Virus record (IMG/VR): IMGVR_UViG_3300045988_086774
Span: 1 to 56,501 of that record
DNA: 56,501 bases
Direction: 5' to 3' (one strand)
Source: a virus
In this document: positions 1 to 8,262 of the stretch, piece after piece
Layout of the letters: each line of letters opens with the position of its first letter
Numbering within the stretch: the first letter of the stretch is position 1
Translations under genes and position numbers: made by a program
Notes under the pieces: model-generated
Database searches by the model: none
What the model was told of the DNA's origin: nothing
The model's input: only the letters and a program-made list of their open reading frames with translations

Positions 1-77
1 GCTTCTGCATCTCCGCCAGCCTGTCAGCCTGTTCCTGTGCGGCGTTCTCGTCATCAGTACGCTTTGCTTTGAGCTGC
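1..77. repeat. 77-bp terminal direct repeat identical to 56425..56501 (assembly overlap of a circular molecule, unit length 56424 bp)
   Basis: First 77 nt gcttctgcatctccgcc...gctttgagctgc recur exactly as the last 77 nt of the window. Confidence 0.95.
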
Positions 78-235
78 TTCTTGTACTCGGCAGCTTCACC
101 GTTGGCTTTCGTCACGGCGTTGCGCAGCTTCTCGACCTCTGCGTTAGGGTCTGCAACCTTTTCCAGCGCAGAAATGATTTCATCGGCGGTCATGCCCTCT
201 TTGTAGGCATCACCAAGCAACACATTGAGTTTCAT
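1..235 (-). CDS. Phage scaffolding protein (GP20-like), N-terminal part; ORF continues across the circular junction into 56078..56501
   Basis: ATG at 235 behind AGGAGG. Translation MKLNVLLGDAYKEGMTADEIISALEKVADPNAEVEKLRNAV... is in frame (75 codons) with M at 56434 once the overlap is collapsed. Total 193 aa, coiled-coil, directly upstream of the capsid genes. Confidence 0.75.
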   Translation of the reverse strand, partial: MKLNVLLGDAYKEGMTADEIISALEKVADPNAEVEKLRNAVTKANGEAAEYKKQLKAKRTDDENAAQEQADRLAEMQK

Positions 236-349
236 ATCGTTAATTTCCTCCTGCGTTTTTTTACCGTTGCTTCCCTGCAACGCTGCGAAATTTGTATCCC
301 GGCTTCCCTGCCGGAATATATCAGCCCGAAAATTCGGGATGATTCTGAT

Positions 350-865
350 TTATGCTTTATGAATGTCGTACTTGATGCAAATCTCTTTAATTTTGGAGCA
401 ATCATATCCAAGCCCCATAAATCCAGAAATAAGGCTTGCGGGTATTTTGCCGGAAGAAAGTTCAACGAGAATCCACTCAGTAGCTTCCCGTTCACTTTTT
501 AAGTTTTCAGAATCTGTAATCAACGCTTCTTTCGAAAAAAGTTTGCGCAAAATATCAGTTGCGTCAGCGTTCGGTTCTTCGTTTTCGGAAAGCTCCCCGT
601 GCAAACAAACATATTCTTCGATAGCAACAATAGCTTCTTCTTTGATTTCCGCAGAAAACCATTCGTGACCAATAGAAAATTCGGAAAAAGCACTATGCAA
701 TTTACTTTCAATCTCAAAAGCGTTTGAAATCGGCTCGCTTGCATACGAAAGTGAAATATCAGGGCATCCAATTTTCAAAGAATTAAGCCTTTTAACTGGA
801 TTTTCGGAAACTCCAATCTTTACCTTGCTTCCGGACTGCATCAAGTAAACACTTTTGTTTTTCAT
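350..865 (-). CDS. T5orf172 / GIY-YIG-like domain protein (possible free-standing homing-endonuclease-like gene)
   Basis: N-terminal YLMQSGSKVKIGVSENPVKRLNSLKIG...LHSAFSEFSIGHEWF fits the T5orf172 pattern. Visibly AT-richer than its neighbours and wedged between portal and scaffold. Confidence 0.6.
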   Translation of the reverse strand: MKNKSVYLMQSGSKVKIGVSENPVKRLNSLKIGCPDISLSYASEPISNAFEIESKLHSAFSEFSIGHEWFSAEIKEEAIVAIEEYVCLHGELSENEEPNADATDILRKLFSKEALITDSENLKSEREATEWILVELSSGKIPASLISGFMGLGYDCSKIKEICIKYDIHKA

Positions 866-2376
866 GCCATACCTGCATCTTTCTCTTTCTTAGTATCGTC
901 AGCCTGTTCACCAACCATTTTGCCGGTGTCGGCAATATGGTCAGTCGGCTGTTCCTGCGGCTTCGGTGCTTTCCCGTCCTTGCCCAACTTGCCAGCGGCA
1001 ATCAGGAAGGGCTTGCTCATTTCGTAAGCAGCCTGCGGGTCAGGGAACAGACCAGGCGTAGTGAACGCCAACTGCGGGTCAATGGTCTGCTGCAACATCT
1101 GCGCAAAAATCTGAACCTTGCTCTGCTGGTTGTCGTACTGACGGCGCGGCAGTTTGATGTTGATGTCACTTGCCATCAGCTTAGAACCAGCCGTGTCACG
1201 CAGGATTTTCAACATCACAGACAGGCTTTGACGTTCCGAGAACTTGAACATATTCTCGTACTGCTGTGCCCTTGCTTCTGTGTGATTCCAGCCGTTGCGG
1301 ACAATAACTGCGCCCACGTTGTCAGACGTTGCGTTCTCGCTGCCAGTGGCACTAGGCATGGCAGTCAGGCTGCGGTACACATTCAGCATGGAATCAAGCA
1401 AGGTCTGGCTCTGCTGCTGGTCAAGCTCATTTGCAATCTGCGAAACAGATGCGGGCAGACCAGAGGTGGACTTCAGGCACATTGCGCCAAGCTCTTTTAC
1501 TTGGTCGAGCGCATCCTTGTCCACAAGGCAGTTGGTAAACACCATAATGGACTGAATGAACTGTGCTACACCGTCCAGACGGTTGCTTTCAAGGTCGTTG
1601 ATGGCATCCAGAACAGGGATAGCCGGTTCAAACAGACCCATGCGCTCCGGGTTGAGCTTGTATTCGACCATCGGCAGCATTCCAAGAGAATGATTCTCCG
1701 ATTTTGTGACCTTGCCGTTGTCGATTTCAAAGTACTGGTTTGGTGTATACACGCAAATCAGGTCGTTCAAGTCGTTCTGATAATTGCGCGGGATATGCAG
1801 CACGTTGGCGATGGGCTTGTGCCCAATGCCGGAGTTATAAATCACATACGCCATGTCTGGGTCTGGAACGTCCACCAACAGGGGCGTTTCATCTGGGTAG
1901 TTGCCGCCATACCCCTTGTCAGGAAGAACGATGCGGTATCCCTGTCCGCACTCCAACATCCACTGCCAGAGCCGCCGATCAAGTGCATCCTTGCCCTCAT
2001 ACTGCAAGGCGTTGGACAGGCGGGCGATTTCCTCACCGTCACCTGTTGCCGTTTCAGACCGCACATAAGAACAGGGAGTGCCGCTCATATAGCCTGTGTA
2101 GAAGCCCACACACTCGTTGGCGTGGTTCTCTACAATGCGGTTTGTGATTTCAGCGTGGTATTCCTTCGTGCGGAGAAGAACAGGCTGACTGCCCAAGTAG
2201 TAGTTGTGCAGGAAACGAATCTCATTCTTGTTCAGCAGATGAATAGGCTCTGCCTTGCCCATGACCACTTTCAGCACGTTCGCCTGATTGATTTCCGTCT
2301 CCGGCGTTTCAATCGGTCTGCGCCCGGTCAGCGGATTATTCAAAAATCCATCAACGACTATCTGATACTCAGCCAT
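862..2376 (-). CDS. Portal protein (SPP1 gp6-like family)
   Basis: 504 aa from ATG 2376 with AGGAGGA upstream. Segment NYYLGSQPVLLRTKEYHAEITNRIVENHANECVGFYTGYM is typical of this portal family. Lies between terL and scaffold. Confidence 0.85.
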   Translation of the reverse strand: MAEYQIVVDGFLNNPLTGRRPIETPETEINQANVLKVVMGKAEPIHLLNKNEIRFLHNYYLGSQPVLLRTKEYHAEITNRIVENHANECVGFYTGYMSGTPCSYVRSETATGDGEEIARLSNALQYEGKDALDRRLWQWMLECGQGYRIVLPDKGYGGNYPDETPLLVDVPDPDMAYVIYNSGIGHKPIANVLHIPRNYQNDLNDLICVYTPNQYFEIDNGKVTKSENHSLGMLPMVEYKLNPERMGLFEPAIPVLDAINDLESNRLDGVAQFIQSIMVFTNCLVDKDALDQVKELGAMCLKSTSGLPASVSQIANELDQQQSQTLLDSMLNVYRSLTAMPSATGSENATSDNVGAVIVRNGWNHTEARAQQYENMFKFSERQSLSVMLKILRDTAGSKLMASDINIKLPRRQYDNQQSKVQIFAQMLQQTIDPQLAFTTPGLFPDPQAAYEMSKPFLIAAGKLGKDGKAPKPQEQPTDHIADTGKMVGEQADDTKKEKDAGMA

Positions 2377-2467
2377 ATGTTCCTCCTTTCCGGCAAAATA
2401 AAAAGCGCAGCAAGACAAACCTGTTAAGGTCTATCTCACTGCGCCAAAACTGCGCTTCAAAAGCTAT

Positions 2468-2650
2468 TTACTTTTCCGGTGGATGGATGATTTTCACCCA
2501 TCCTTCCCTTGTGTCTCCTTCGATAACGCCCTTGCATCTGTCACACTTGAAATGGTATCGTCCGTCCACTTCGCCAAGATAGCGATTGCAGCGGACGTTC
2601 TTGTAAATTGGATTCTGGCGGATACAAGGACAGCAGATTCTAACTAGCAT
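2468..2650 (-). CDS. Small zinc-ribbon protein
   Basis: 60 aa with CPC...C and CDRC cysteine pairs; AAAGGAG RBS upstream of ATG 2650. Confidence 0.5.
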   Translation of the reverse strand: MLVRICCPCIRQNPIYKNVRCNRYLGEVDGRYHFKCDRCKGVIEGDTREGWVKIIHPPEK

Positions 2651-2819
2651 GAGCGCTCCTTTCGTTGGATTTCTGGAAACAGGCTGTTTGGCACAGACCT
2701 GTCAGAATCCACCGGGAAACTATTCGCACTTCCAGCCGTGCTATTCTTCGCCCGAAGAAAGCCATTGCAGCCTTTGCATTCAGTTGTTGGACAAACGTAA
2801 AACGGGTAAGCTGCAATTT

Positions 2820-2897
2820 TGGTGCCGCATAATGGATTTGAACCAATGTATGCCCGGATATGAGCCGAGTGCTCTAACCATACTAAGCTAATGCGGC
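2820..2897 (-). tRNA. tRNA with CAU anticodon (Met, or Ile2 if lysidine-modified), CCA encoded
   Basis: Hand-folded cloverleaf: acceptor GCCGCAT/ATGCGGC, D arm GCTT-AGTATGGTTA-GAGC, anticodon arm CTCGG-CTCATAT-CCGGG, T arm ATTGG-TTCAAAT-CCATT, discriminator A, then CCA. Confidence 0.85.
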
Positions 2898-3032
2898 ATA
2901 AAAACCCGGCTTGATTGGTTAACCGCTGCTCTTTGCAAAAGGAGAAAATTCAAAAAAGCCTTTTACATCGAGAGCCGGGAATAGCGGTGAGGTGTCAAAA
3001 GAGAAATCCCATGCAAAGCAAGAGGATAGTTG

Positions 3033-3109
3033 TGCTGCGTAGCGGGTTTGAACCGCTTCGTGTCAGTTGGGGGAGTACAAACAACGTTCCGTCCACTCGG
3101 AAACGCAAC
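3033..3109 (-). ncRNA. tRNA-like gene (Thr-UGU-like) with a non-canonical anticodon arm; possible tRNA pseudogene or decoy
   Basis: Acceptor GTTGCGT/ACGCAGC (one G-U pair), D arm TCCG-AGTGGA-CGGA, perfect T arm AGCGG-TTCAAAC-CCGCT. The anticodon stem GTTG/CAAC encloses 12 nt TTTGTACTCCCC, which equals a canonical loop TT-TGT-AC plus an extra TCCCC. Only one linker nt after the acceptor; no CCA. Confidence 0.4.
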
Positions 3110-3249
3110 ATATAACCCCCACGACAGAGAAAGGCGGCTGTCGTGGGTGAGTAAGAAAGGAGGGTATTACACAACAAATGACGAGTAAAAATGACTTAAA
3201 AATCTCGCCAACGCAATACCTAGAGGAAGCCGCAAATCTTCCTGGTACT

Positions 3250-3278
3250 ATTGTAAGCCATGTCAATAGGCAAATCAA
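3250..3278 (-). promoter_or_regulatory. Sigma-70-type promoter facing the tRNA-like and tRNA genes
   Basis: On the minus strand TTGATT (3278..3273), a 17-nt spacer, then TACAAT (3255..3250), just downstream of the terL stop. Confidence 0.45.
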
Positions 3279-3316
3279 ATTTTAATGCCTACACACCCGG
3301 CTATTTAGGGGAATTA

Positions 3317-4984
3317 TTAAAATGGCCTCTTGACAGGCTCAATTTTACTGATTCCGTTGTACAGTTCATCGGCAAGCTGTGCCAGACTATCCGGTGCATC
3401 ATCGTGCGGAACTTTACCAAGCTGCGTGAACATCGTCACCTGCTCCATGAACGCCTTGTACTCTTTCGACTGATGTTTCTCGTCAAGGAAATAGAATCGC
3501 TTGATGTCCGGCGCATACTGAATGATTCTTGATAGCTTGCTTTGACCACTTGGCGCACGTTGGCTACGGACAGAGCAGTGATAGCCCTGTTGCCGAAGCT
3601 GGCTGTCTACCACGTCACAGTATTCATCGCCGCCGTTGTTGGCTTCGCCACGCACCACGTTAATTTTATGCTGGATGATTTTGCCCACGACTTCCGGTCT
3701 GGTTACGGTCTTGTCGCCGTTATTGAACACAAGGTCATGGATAAACACAGCATCGCCGTACACATAAGCAATAGGACAGGCGGTGAAGTCCCCGCCGCCC
3801 CATGCAATATCCATGACCATGAGCTTGCGATCAGGTTCACCATCAGGCAGAACGCCATTAAAATATCGCAGCTCATCGGCAGGGAACAGCAGACCTTCAC
3901 GCACATAAGGCTTGCCCATGTACTTTGCCCACCATGTTGCGTCATCAATGCTGGATTTCATATCGGCATAGTAGGCATCGTCAAAGCCCACACCATAGTC
4001 ATAATTGAAGTTGCTGTGTCCGTTCTCGTCCACCGCAGGAATCACCCGGAATCTGTACTTAGGATTGTCTGCGTACTGGTTCTGGATGCGCCCCAGAGGG
4101 TCAAGAACGTTCCAGCGTGTACCGACCATCAGCTCCAATGCGCCCTGCTTTTTACGGTCTTTTAGCTGGTTCAGATAAGCATCGTACTTGTTGTTCAGAC
4201 GCTCAACGTTCAGACTTTCTTCCAAATCCTCAATCAGGTCATCGCTGTACAAAACGCCGCCCTCGCCGATTTCAACAGCACCAGTCAGAGTGCCGCCAAT
4301 GGAGCGGCAAGTAAGGGTAGGGAAACGCTTTTTGCGGTTCAGGTCAACACTTTCATCCTTTGCACTCTTATCCACAAGTTGAACGTCAGGGAAGATTTTA
4401 CCCCAGTTATAGGTAACGGGGTCAGTGATGATAGACAGCACTTCGCCGTAGAAGCCATTGGTCAGCTTGTCGGAATGTCCGCTCATAACCGATGCAACGT
4501 CCGGGCGGTTGCCCATAAGCCATGTGATGAAGAAAATGCACAGCGTACTTTTGCCCACGCGAGCCGGAAGACTGACCCCCAAGAAATCTATCCTCTTATA
4601 GAACAAGTCCTCTAGGTCATCTGCCAGCACTTTCAGCACTCTGCGTCTGGGCTGATAGAACTTCTTCTCTGGCGCACGATTCCATTCAAGGTAAATGCAA
4701 TAGCTGTCGAACACATCCTTTGCTTCAAACAGGTACGTCCGGCTGATAATGTCATAGACCTTCGCCACGTCCTCGCCTGTTTTCATCTTGCCCATCATGG
4801 CTGCGCAGACAGAGCGCAACTCGCCAGAATATTTGTAGGCATCGAACCGCTTGTCTTGCGGCAGAGCGTCTCTCAGATTTACAACCGCCTGAAACCAGTC
4901 CTCGTAGACCTGTGCTTCTGTCGGATTCTGCTTTGCATACGCTTTGATGCTGTCGATGATGGCAATGCACTGTTTTGGCTGCAT
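3317..4984 (-). CDS. terL: Terminase large subunit
   Basis: 555 aa with Walker A-like GVSLPARVGKSTL. The C-terminal half (MVMDIAWGGGDFTA...VVRGEANNGGDEY) fits a terminase nuclease domain. It is the first gene of the morphogenesis operon. Confidence 0.9.
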   Translation of the reverse strand: MQPKQCIAIIDSIKAYAKQNPTEAQVYEDWFQAVVNLRDALPQDKRFDAYKYSGELRSVCAAMMGKMKTGEDVAKVYDIISRTYLFEAKDVFDSYCIYLEWNRAPEKKFYQPRRRVLKVLADDLEDLFYKRIDFLGVSLPARVGKSTLCIFFITWLMGNRPDVASVMSGHSDKLTNGFYGEVLSIITDPVTYNWGKIFPDVQLVDKSAKDESVDLNRKKRFPTLTCRSIGGTLTGAVEIGEGGVLYSDDLIEDLEESLNVERLNNKYDAYLNQLKDRKKQGALELMVGTRWNVLDPLGRIQNQYADNPKYRFRVIPAVDENGHSNFNYDYGVGFDDAYYADMKSSIDDATWWAKYMGKPYVREGLLFPADELRYFNGVLPDGEPDRKLMVMDIAWGGGDFTACPIAYVYGDAVFIHDLVFNNGDKTVTRPEVVGKIIQHKINVVRGEANNGGDEYCDVVDSQLRQQGYHCSVRSQRAPSGQSKLSRIIQYAPDIKRFYFLDEKHQSKEYKAFMEQVTMFTQLGKVPHDDAPDSLAQLADELYNGISKIEPVKRPF

Positions 4985-5026
4985 AAAAAATAGGCACCCC
5001 CTACCTGAAAATGTAAAGAGTGCCTA
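4985..5026 (-). terminator. Intrinsic terminator or attenuator hairpin immediately upstream of the terL ATG
   Basis: On the minus strand TAGGCAC...GTGCCTA (5026..4991) is followed by TTTTTT and then ATG. The only SD-like GGGGGTG lies inside the hairpin. Confidence 0.5.
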
Positions 5027-5116
5027 CAACTGCACAAAAATCAAATATTCGGTTTTATAATGCTGTTTTCGGAAAATTATTTGCTAAAATTCATTTTAAC
5101 GGATAGAATGTGCGGT

Positions 5117-5278
5117 TTATTTGACTTCTTCTGCAAGCTGGTTGAGCCTGCGTTTCAGCTCGTCCGCATCGTAGTACAAGGCGTCTGCGACAGCGTTGAG
5201 AATATCAGGCTTGTTGGTGTAATCGCACAGCGTTTCAATGAGTTTCAAACTCTGTTCTGACAATTTTACGAGTTTCAT
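5117..5278 (-). CDS. Hypothetical small protein (53 aa)
   Basis: ATG 5278 behind AAAGGAAAA; MKLVKLSEQSLKLIETLCDYTNKPDILNAVADALYYDADELKRRLNQLAEEVK. Too short for the ORF track. Confidence 0.5.
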   Translation of the reverse strand: MKLVKLSEQSLKLIETLCDYTNKPDILNAVADALYYDADELKRRLNQLAEEVK

Positions 5279-5296
5279 GTCGTTTTCCTTTCGGTT

Positions 5297-6529
5297 TTAT
5301 TCTCCCGCTTTGAAATTGTAAATGGGCTTAATGCGTTTTACAATATCAACTGTTGGGGAGATTGCGTTGATAATTTCCTGCGCTGGCTTATATGCCATCG
5401 GGCATTCATCCAATGTGGATTCATCGACTGACGTAGTATAGATTCCGTTCATCTGCTTTTGGTATTCCTCAACGCTGAATGCCTTTTTAGCCGCTGTTCT
5501 ACTGTATAATCTTCCAGCACCATGAGGAGCAGAAAAATTCCAATCAGGATTGCCCTTGCCAACACAGATAAGGCTTCCGTCTCTCATATTAAGAGGAATA
5601 ATCAGCTTCTCACCCTCTCTAGCGGATACGGAGCCTTTTCGGATAATATCATCCGATTCATCAATATAGTTATGAACAGTTTCAAAGAAAGACGCATGAG
5701 TTAGCATAGAATCAATTCCAACCCCATCTAAAATGGAATGCATAATTCTTGCCCGATTCATTTTCGCAAACGCCTGACAAATCCGCATATCATTAAGGTA
5801 AGAATCACGTTCTTTGCCTTCAAGATAGCAAAGCTCATTCGGAATATCAGGGAACCGAACATCTAATTCTTTGATTTTTTGCGAGATTTCTTGTTCACGA
5901 CCTTGCGCTTTCAGTTCTGCAATCAGACGTTCCGTAGCGTCTTTTCTTTTGCTCTTTCCTTTAAGATTTGAAATGGCTACGCTTTGATGGTACTCGGCAA
6001 CCTGCTTTCCGAGGTTTCTGCTTCCAGTATGGATAACAAGGTACTGGTTTTTTTCTTCATCTTCGTCCAGCTCGATAAAATGATTTCCGCCGCCCAAAGT
6101 GCCCATACTACGAAGAATCCAGTCAACATTATGCAGGCTATCTTTACAGTCAAGTTGGTTAAGAAAAGCTCCCGACATTTTCTGCGATTCGTGAACATTC
6201 ATTCCAGCCGGAACTCGTTCTCTGATTACTTTATCCAACTTTTCCGGGTCGATATGTTCAATTCCGAGTTCAGCAACAAGCATTCCGCAGCCAATGTCAA
6301 CGCCGACAATATTGGGAATGACCTTCTTGCCCAAGTTTGCCGTGAATCCGATGACGCATCCAGAGCCAGCATGAACATCTGGCATAATGCGAATCTTGCA
6401 TCCGTCAACAAAACTCTGATTGCAAAGCGTCAAAATCTGCTCAGATGCCTTATCTTCAATATTGTCCGTAAACACCTTTGCGGACGCATATTTTCCTTCA
6501 ATCGTTTTCAACTTGTTCTCCTTTCTCAT
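5297..6529 (-). CDS. rtcB: RtcB-family 3-prime-phosphate RNA ligase
   Basis: 410 aa with RtcB signature segments IMPDVHAGSGCVIG, GGGNHFIELDED, IHTGSRNLG and APHGAGR. Confidence 0.9.
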   Translation of the reverse strand: MRKENKLKTIEGKYASAKVFTDNIEDKASEQILTLCNQSFVDGCKIRIMPDVHAGSGCVIGFTANLGKKVIPNIVGVDIGCGMLVAELGIEHIDPEKLDKVIRERVPAGMNVHESQKMSGAFLNQLDCKDSLHNVDWILRSMGTLGGGNHFIELDEDEEKNQYLVIHTGSRNLGKQVAEYHQSVAISNLKGKSKRKDATERLIAELKAQGREQEISQKIKELDVRFPDIPNELCYLEGKERDSYLNDMRICQAFAKMNRARIMHSILDGVGIDSMLTHASFFETVHNYIDESDDIIRKGSVSAREGEKLIIPLNMRDGSLICVGKGNPDWNFSAPHGAGRLYSRTAAKKAFSVEEYQKQMNGIYTTSVDESTLDECPMAYKPAQEIINAISPTVDIVKRIKPIYNFKAGE

Positions 6530-6557
6530 TCAGTTTTATTCTAGATTGCGAACAATG

Positions 6558-7118
6558 TCACCTCGCGGCTTTCGCACGGTTTGCATCATAATCAGCAAAC
6601 ATAGACGTTGCAATCTTCATGGCTTCTTCTATTGTAGGAGCCTTAACGAATGCCATGCATCCAAACATCACCCCGCTTGCGCTTGTTTTGCTATCTGTTG
6701 GAATGACATAGATTTTTTTGTTTTCTCGTTTGGCAATCCATGTAGGAATATTCCATGCTTCTTCTTTCGCCTTGCGTTCAGCTTCCATTTTTTCACGGAC
6801 TTCCTTGAAAACAACATCAGCTTTCCGCTCTGCATCTTGCTTAGACCACGCATCGACATAAGCGAACCCGTGCCAGCGACCCATGATAACATTTTTCTCA
6901 ACGTCATCTAAATGCTCTTCACAGCAATCTGCGCCACCATAGGCATAAACCGTATAAGTGAGTGGTTTTTCCGTCAACTCTTCGTTATCCTCGTATTCTT
7001 CAACATCAGCATCGTACATCTCTGCAATTTTCTCCGCACGTCTACGGCTCTCGGTCAGAGTAATGATGTGATAATCCTCGTATTCACCGCTTGTCACTGC
7101 GTAAAGTTTTCTAGCCAT
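6558..7118 (-). CDS. Hypothetical protein (186 aa), acidic N-terminal half
   Basis: ATG 7118 behind AGGTGAAAG. No recognisable motif. Co-oriented between the resolvase gene and rtcB. Confidence 0.6.
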   Translation of the reverse strand: MARKLYAVTSGEYEDYHIITLTESRRRAEKIAEMYDADVEEYEDNEELTEKPLTYTVYAYGGADCCEEHLDDVEKNVIMGRWHGFAYVDAWSKQDAERKADVVFKEVREKMEAERKAKEEAWNIPTWIAKRENKKIYVIPTDSKTSASGVMFGCMAFVKAPTIEEAMKIATSMFADYDANRAKAAR

Positions 7119-7122
7119 ACTT

Positions 7123-7698
7123 TCACCTGTTCTGTTCAGCAATCCGATACCATGTCTGGCGGGTTACACCAAGCTGTTTTGCGGCATCGGTGACGGTCAG
7201 CAGACGCTTTTCCACCTGTTCATGCAGAATATCAAAGAGGTTGCGATCATACTCGGTGGGTTTGCGGCCTTCTCTGTAATCGGGTCGCTGGCTGGCAATC
7301 TTCTTGCCTTCTCTGGTGCGCTCAACAATCATGTCACGCTCAAACTCGGCGAATGCAAGCATCACCGTGCGAATAACCTTGCCGGTGGGGGAGTTGTTCA
7401 TAACCCCCATATTCAGGATGTTCACTGAAACGCCCTTATCAATGAACTGGTCTATCAGTTCAAGACCATTCTTAGCGGAACGAGCGATACGGTCAAGCTT
7501 CGCCACGATCAGCGTATCTCCCGGCTGAATTTCAGCCATCAGCTTGTCCAGTTCAGGGCGATGCAGCTTCGTGCCAGTGTAAACATCCGAAAAGATTTTC
7601 TGTGCGCCGTTGGCTTTCAAAAGTTCCGACTGGGCTTCAAGACTGTTACCGTCAATCGCTTGACCAGCGGAACTAACACGAGCGTAACCGTAAATCAT
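7123..7698 (-). CDS. Small serine recombinase (resolvase/invertase family)
   Basis: 191 aa with the YARVSSAGQ catalytic-serine motif, KLDRIARS, and a C-terminal [14 protein letters not shown]. Confidence 0.9.
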   Translation of the reverse strand: MIYGYARVSSAGQAIDGNSLEAQSELLKANGAQKIFSDVYTGTKLHRPELDKLMAEIQPGDTLIVAKLDRIARSAKNGLELIDQFIDKGVSVNILNMGVMNNSPTGKVIRTVMLAFAEFERDMIVERTREGKKIASQRPDYREGRKPTEYDRNLFDILHEQVEKRLLTVTDAAKQLGVTRQTWYRIAEQNR

Positions 7699-7716
7699 TC
7701 AGGTTCACCGTCCTTT

Positions 7717-8034
7717 TCAAAGCGTGGATTTTTCCTTAAGCTCTTTTGCTTTTCGAACAAAATAATCGTTCTTAAATTCTTCCAGCCCATCATCAACCAA
7801 GTAGCAGCCGTCTTTTACGGGTTCATCACTTTTCGGCTCGATTACAACACGATAACCAAGCAACCAGCAAAATTTCACGAGAGTTTTAACCGAAAGGCCA
7901 TTTCCCCTCAATCTTTCAGTCACGCAAGAAGGACGTTCCTGTCCAAGTTCGTTCGCCCACCAAGCCCAAGTCTTGTGCGGGTTTCCAGCTCTAGCGTAAT
8001 CTATCAACTCTTTGACAATTTTATTGCTTTGCAT
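7717..8034 (-). CDS. Putative DNA-binding regulator (probably autoregulated repressor)
   Basis: 106 aa from ATG 8034 (MQSNKIVKELIDYARAG...). Its own promoter carries two copies of the ACAYTAAAAAGTGT motif. Confidence 0.5.
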   Translation of the reverse strand: MQSNKIVKELIDYARAGNPHKTWAWWANELGQERPSCVTERLRGNGLSVKTLVKFCWLLGYRVVIEPKSDEPVKDGCYLVDDGLEEFKNDYFVRKAKELKEKSTL

Positions 8035-8060
8035 ACAGGCATCCTCTCTTTCTTGATGCC

Positions 8061-8102
8061 ATTGTAACACTTTTTAATGTAACTGTCAACACTTTTTAGT
8101 GT
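8061..8102 (-). promoter_or_regulatory. Promoter TTGACA-17-TACAAT with two 14-bp operators
   Basis: On the minus strand the -35 is 8089..8084 and the -10 is 8066..8061. ACACTAAAAAGTGT (8102..8089) abuts the -35 and ACATTAAAAAGTGT (8080..8067) fills the spacer. Confidence 0.6.
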
Positions 8103-8139
8103 AAGCCGAATTAGCTCTATTCTTATATAATATATAAAT

Positions 8140-8173
8140 ATACTCTAGTATGTATTTATACATACTAGAGTAG
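8140..8173. repeat. 34-bp near-perfect palindrome in the AT-rich divergent intergenic region (operator or candidate res crossover site)
   Basis: ATACTCTAGTATGTAT-TT-ATACATACTAGAGTAG; 15 of 16 positions are complementary. Confidence 0.7.
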
Positions 8174-8262
8174 TATAAGGATGTTTACTTAGTTAATCAC
8201 AATCAGGTAGAAAATTTTCTATAATAAGGAGTAATTATTCCAAACTTCATTTCCGTAAAACT

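Noticed and set aside
937-2427. 496-aa ORF on the plus strand opposite the portal gene. Similar long antisense ORFs occur at 54690..55712, 38392..39504, 37238..38002, 41852..42661, 18196..19020, 3542..4165 and 42588..43274
   Set aside because: They mirror well-supported minus-strand genes and have R/H/C/V/L-rich junk-like composition with no RBS. Stop-poor antisense frames are an expected by-product of codon bias.
7123-7698. Gin/Hin-type invertase controlling a tail-fibre shufflon
   Set aside because: The duplicated fibre modules (43229..44841) are about 20 kb away around the circle and co-oriented. I found no flanking inverted repeats, and there is no invertible segment next to the recombinase gene.
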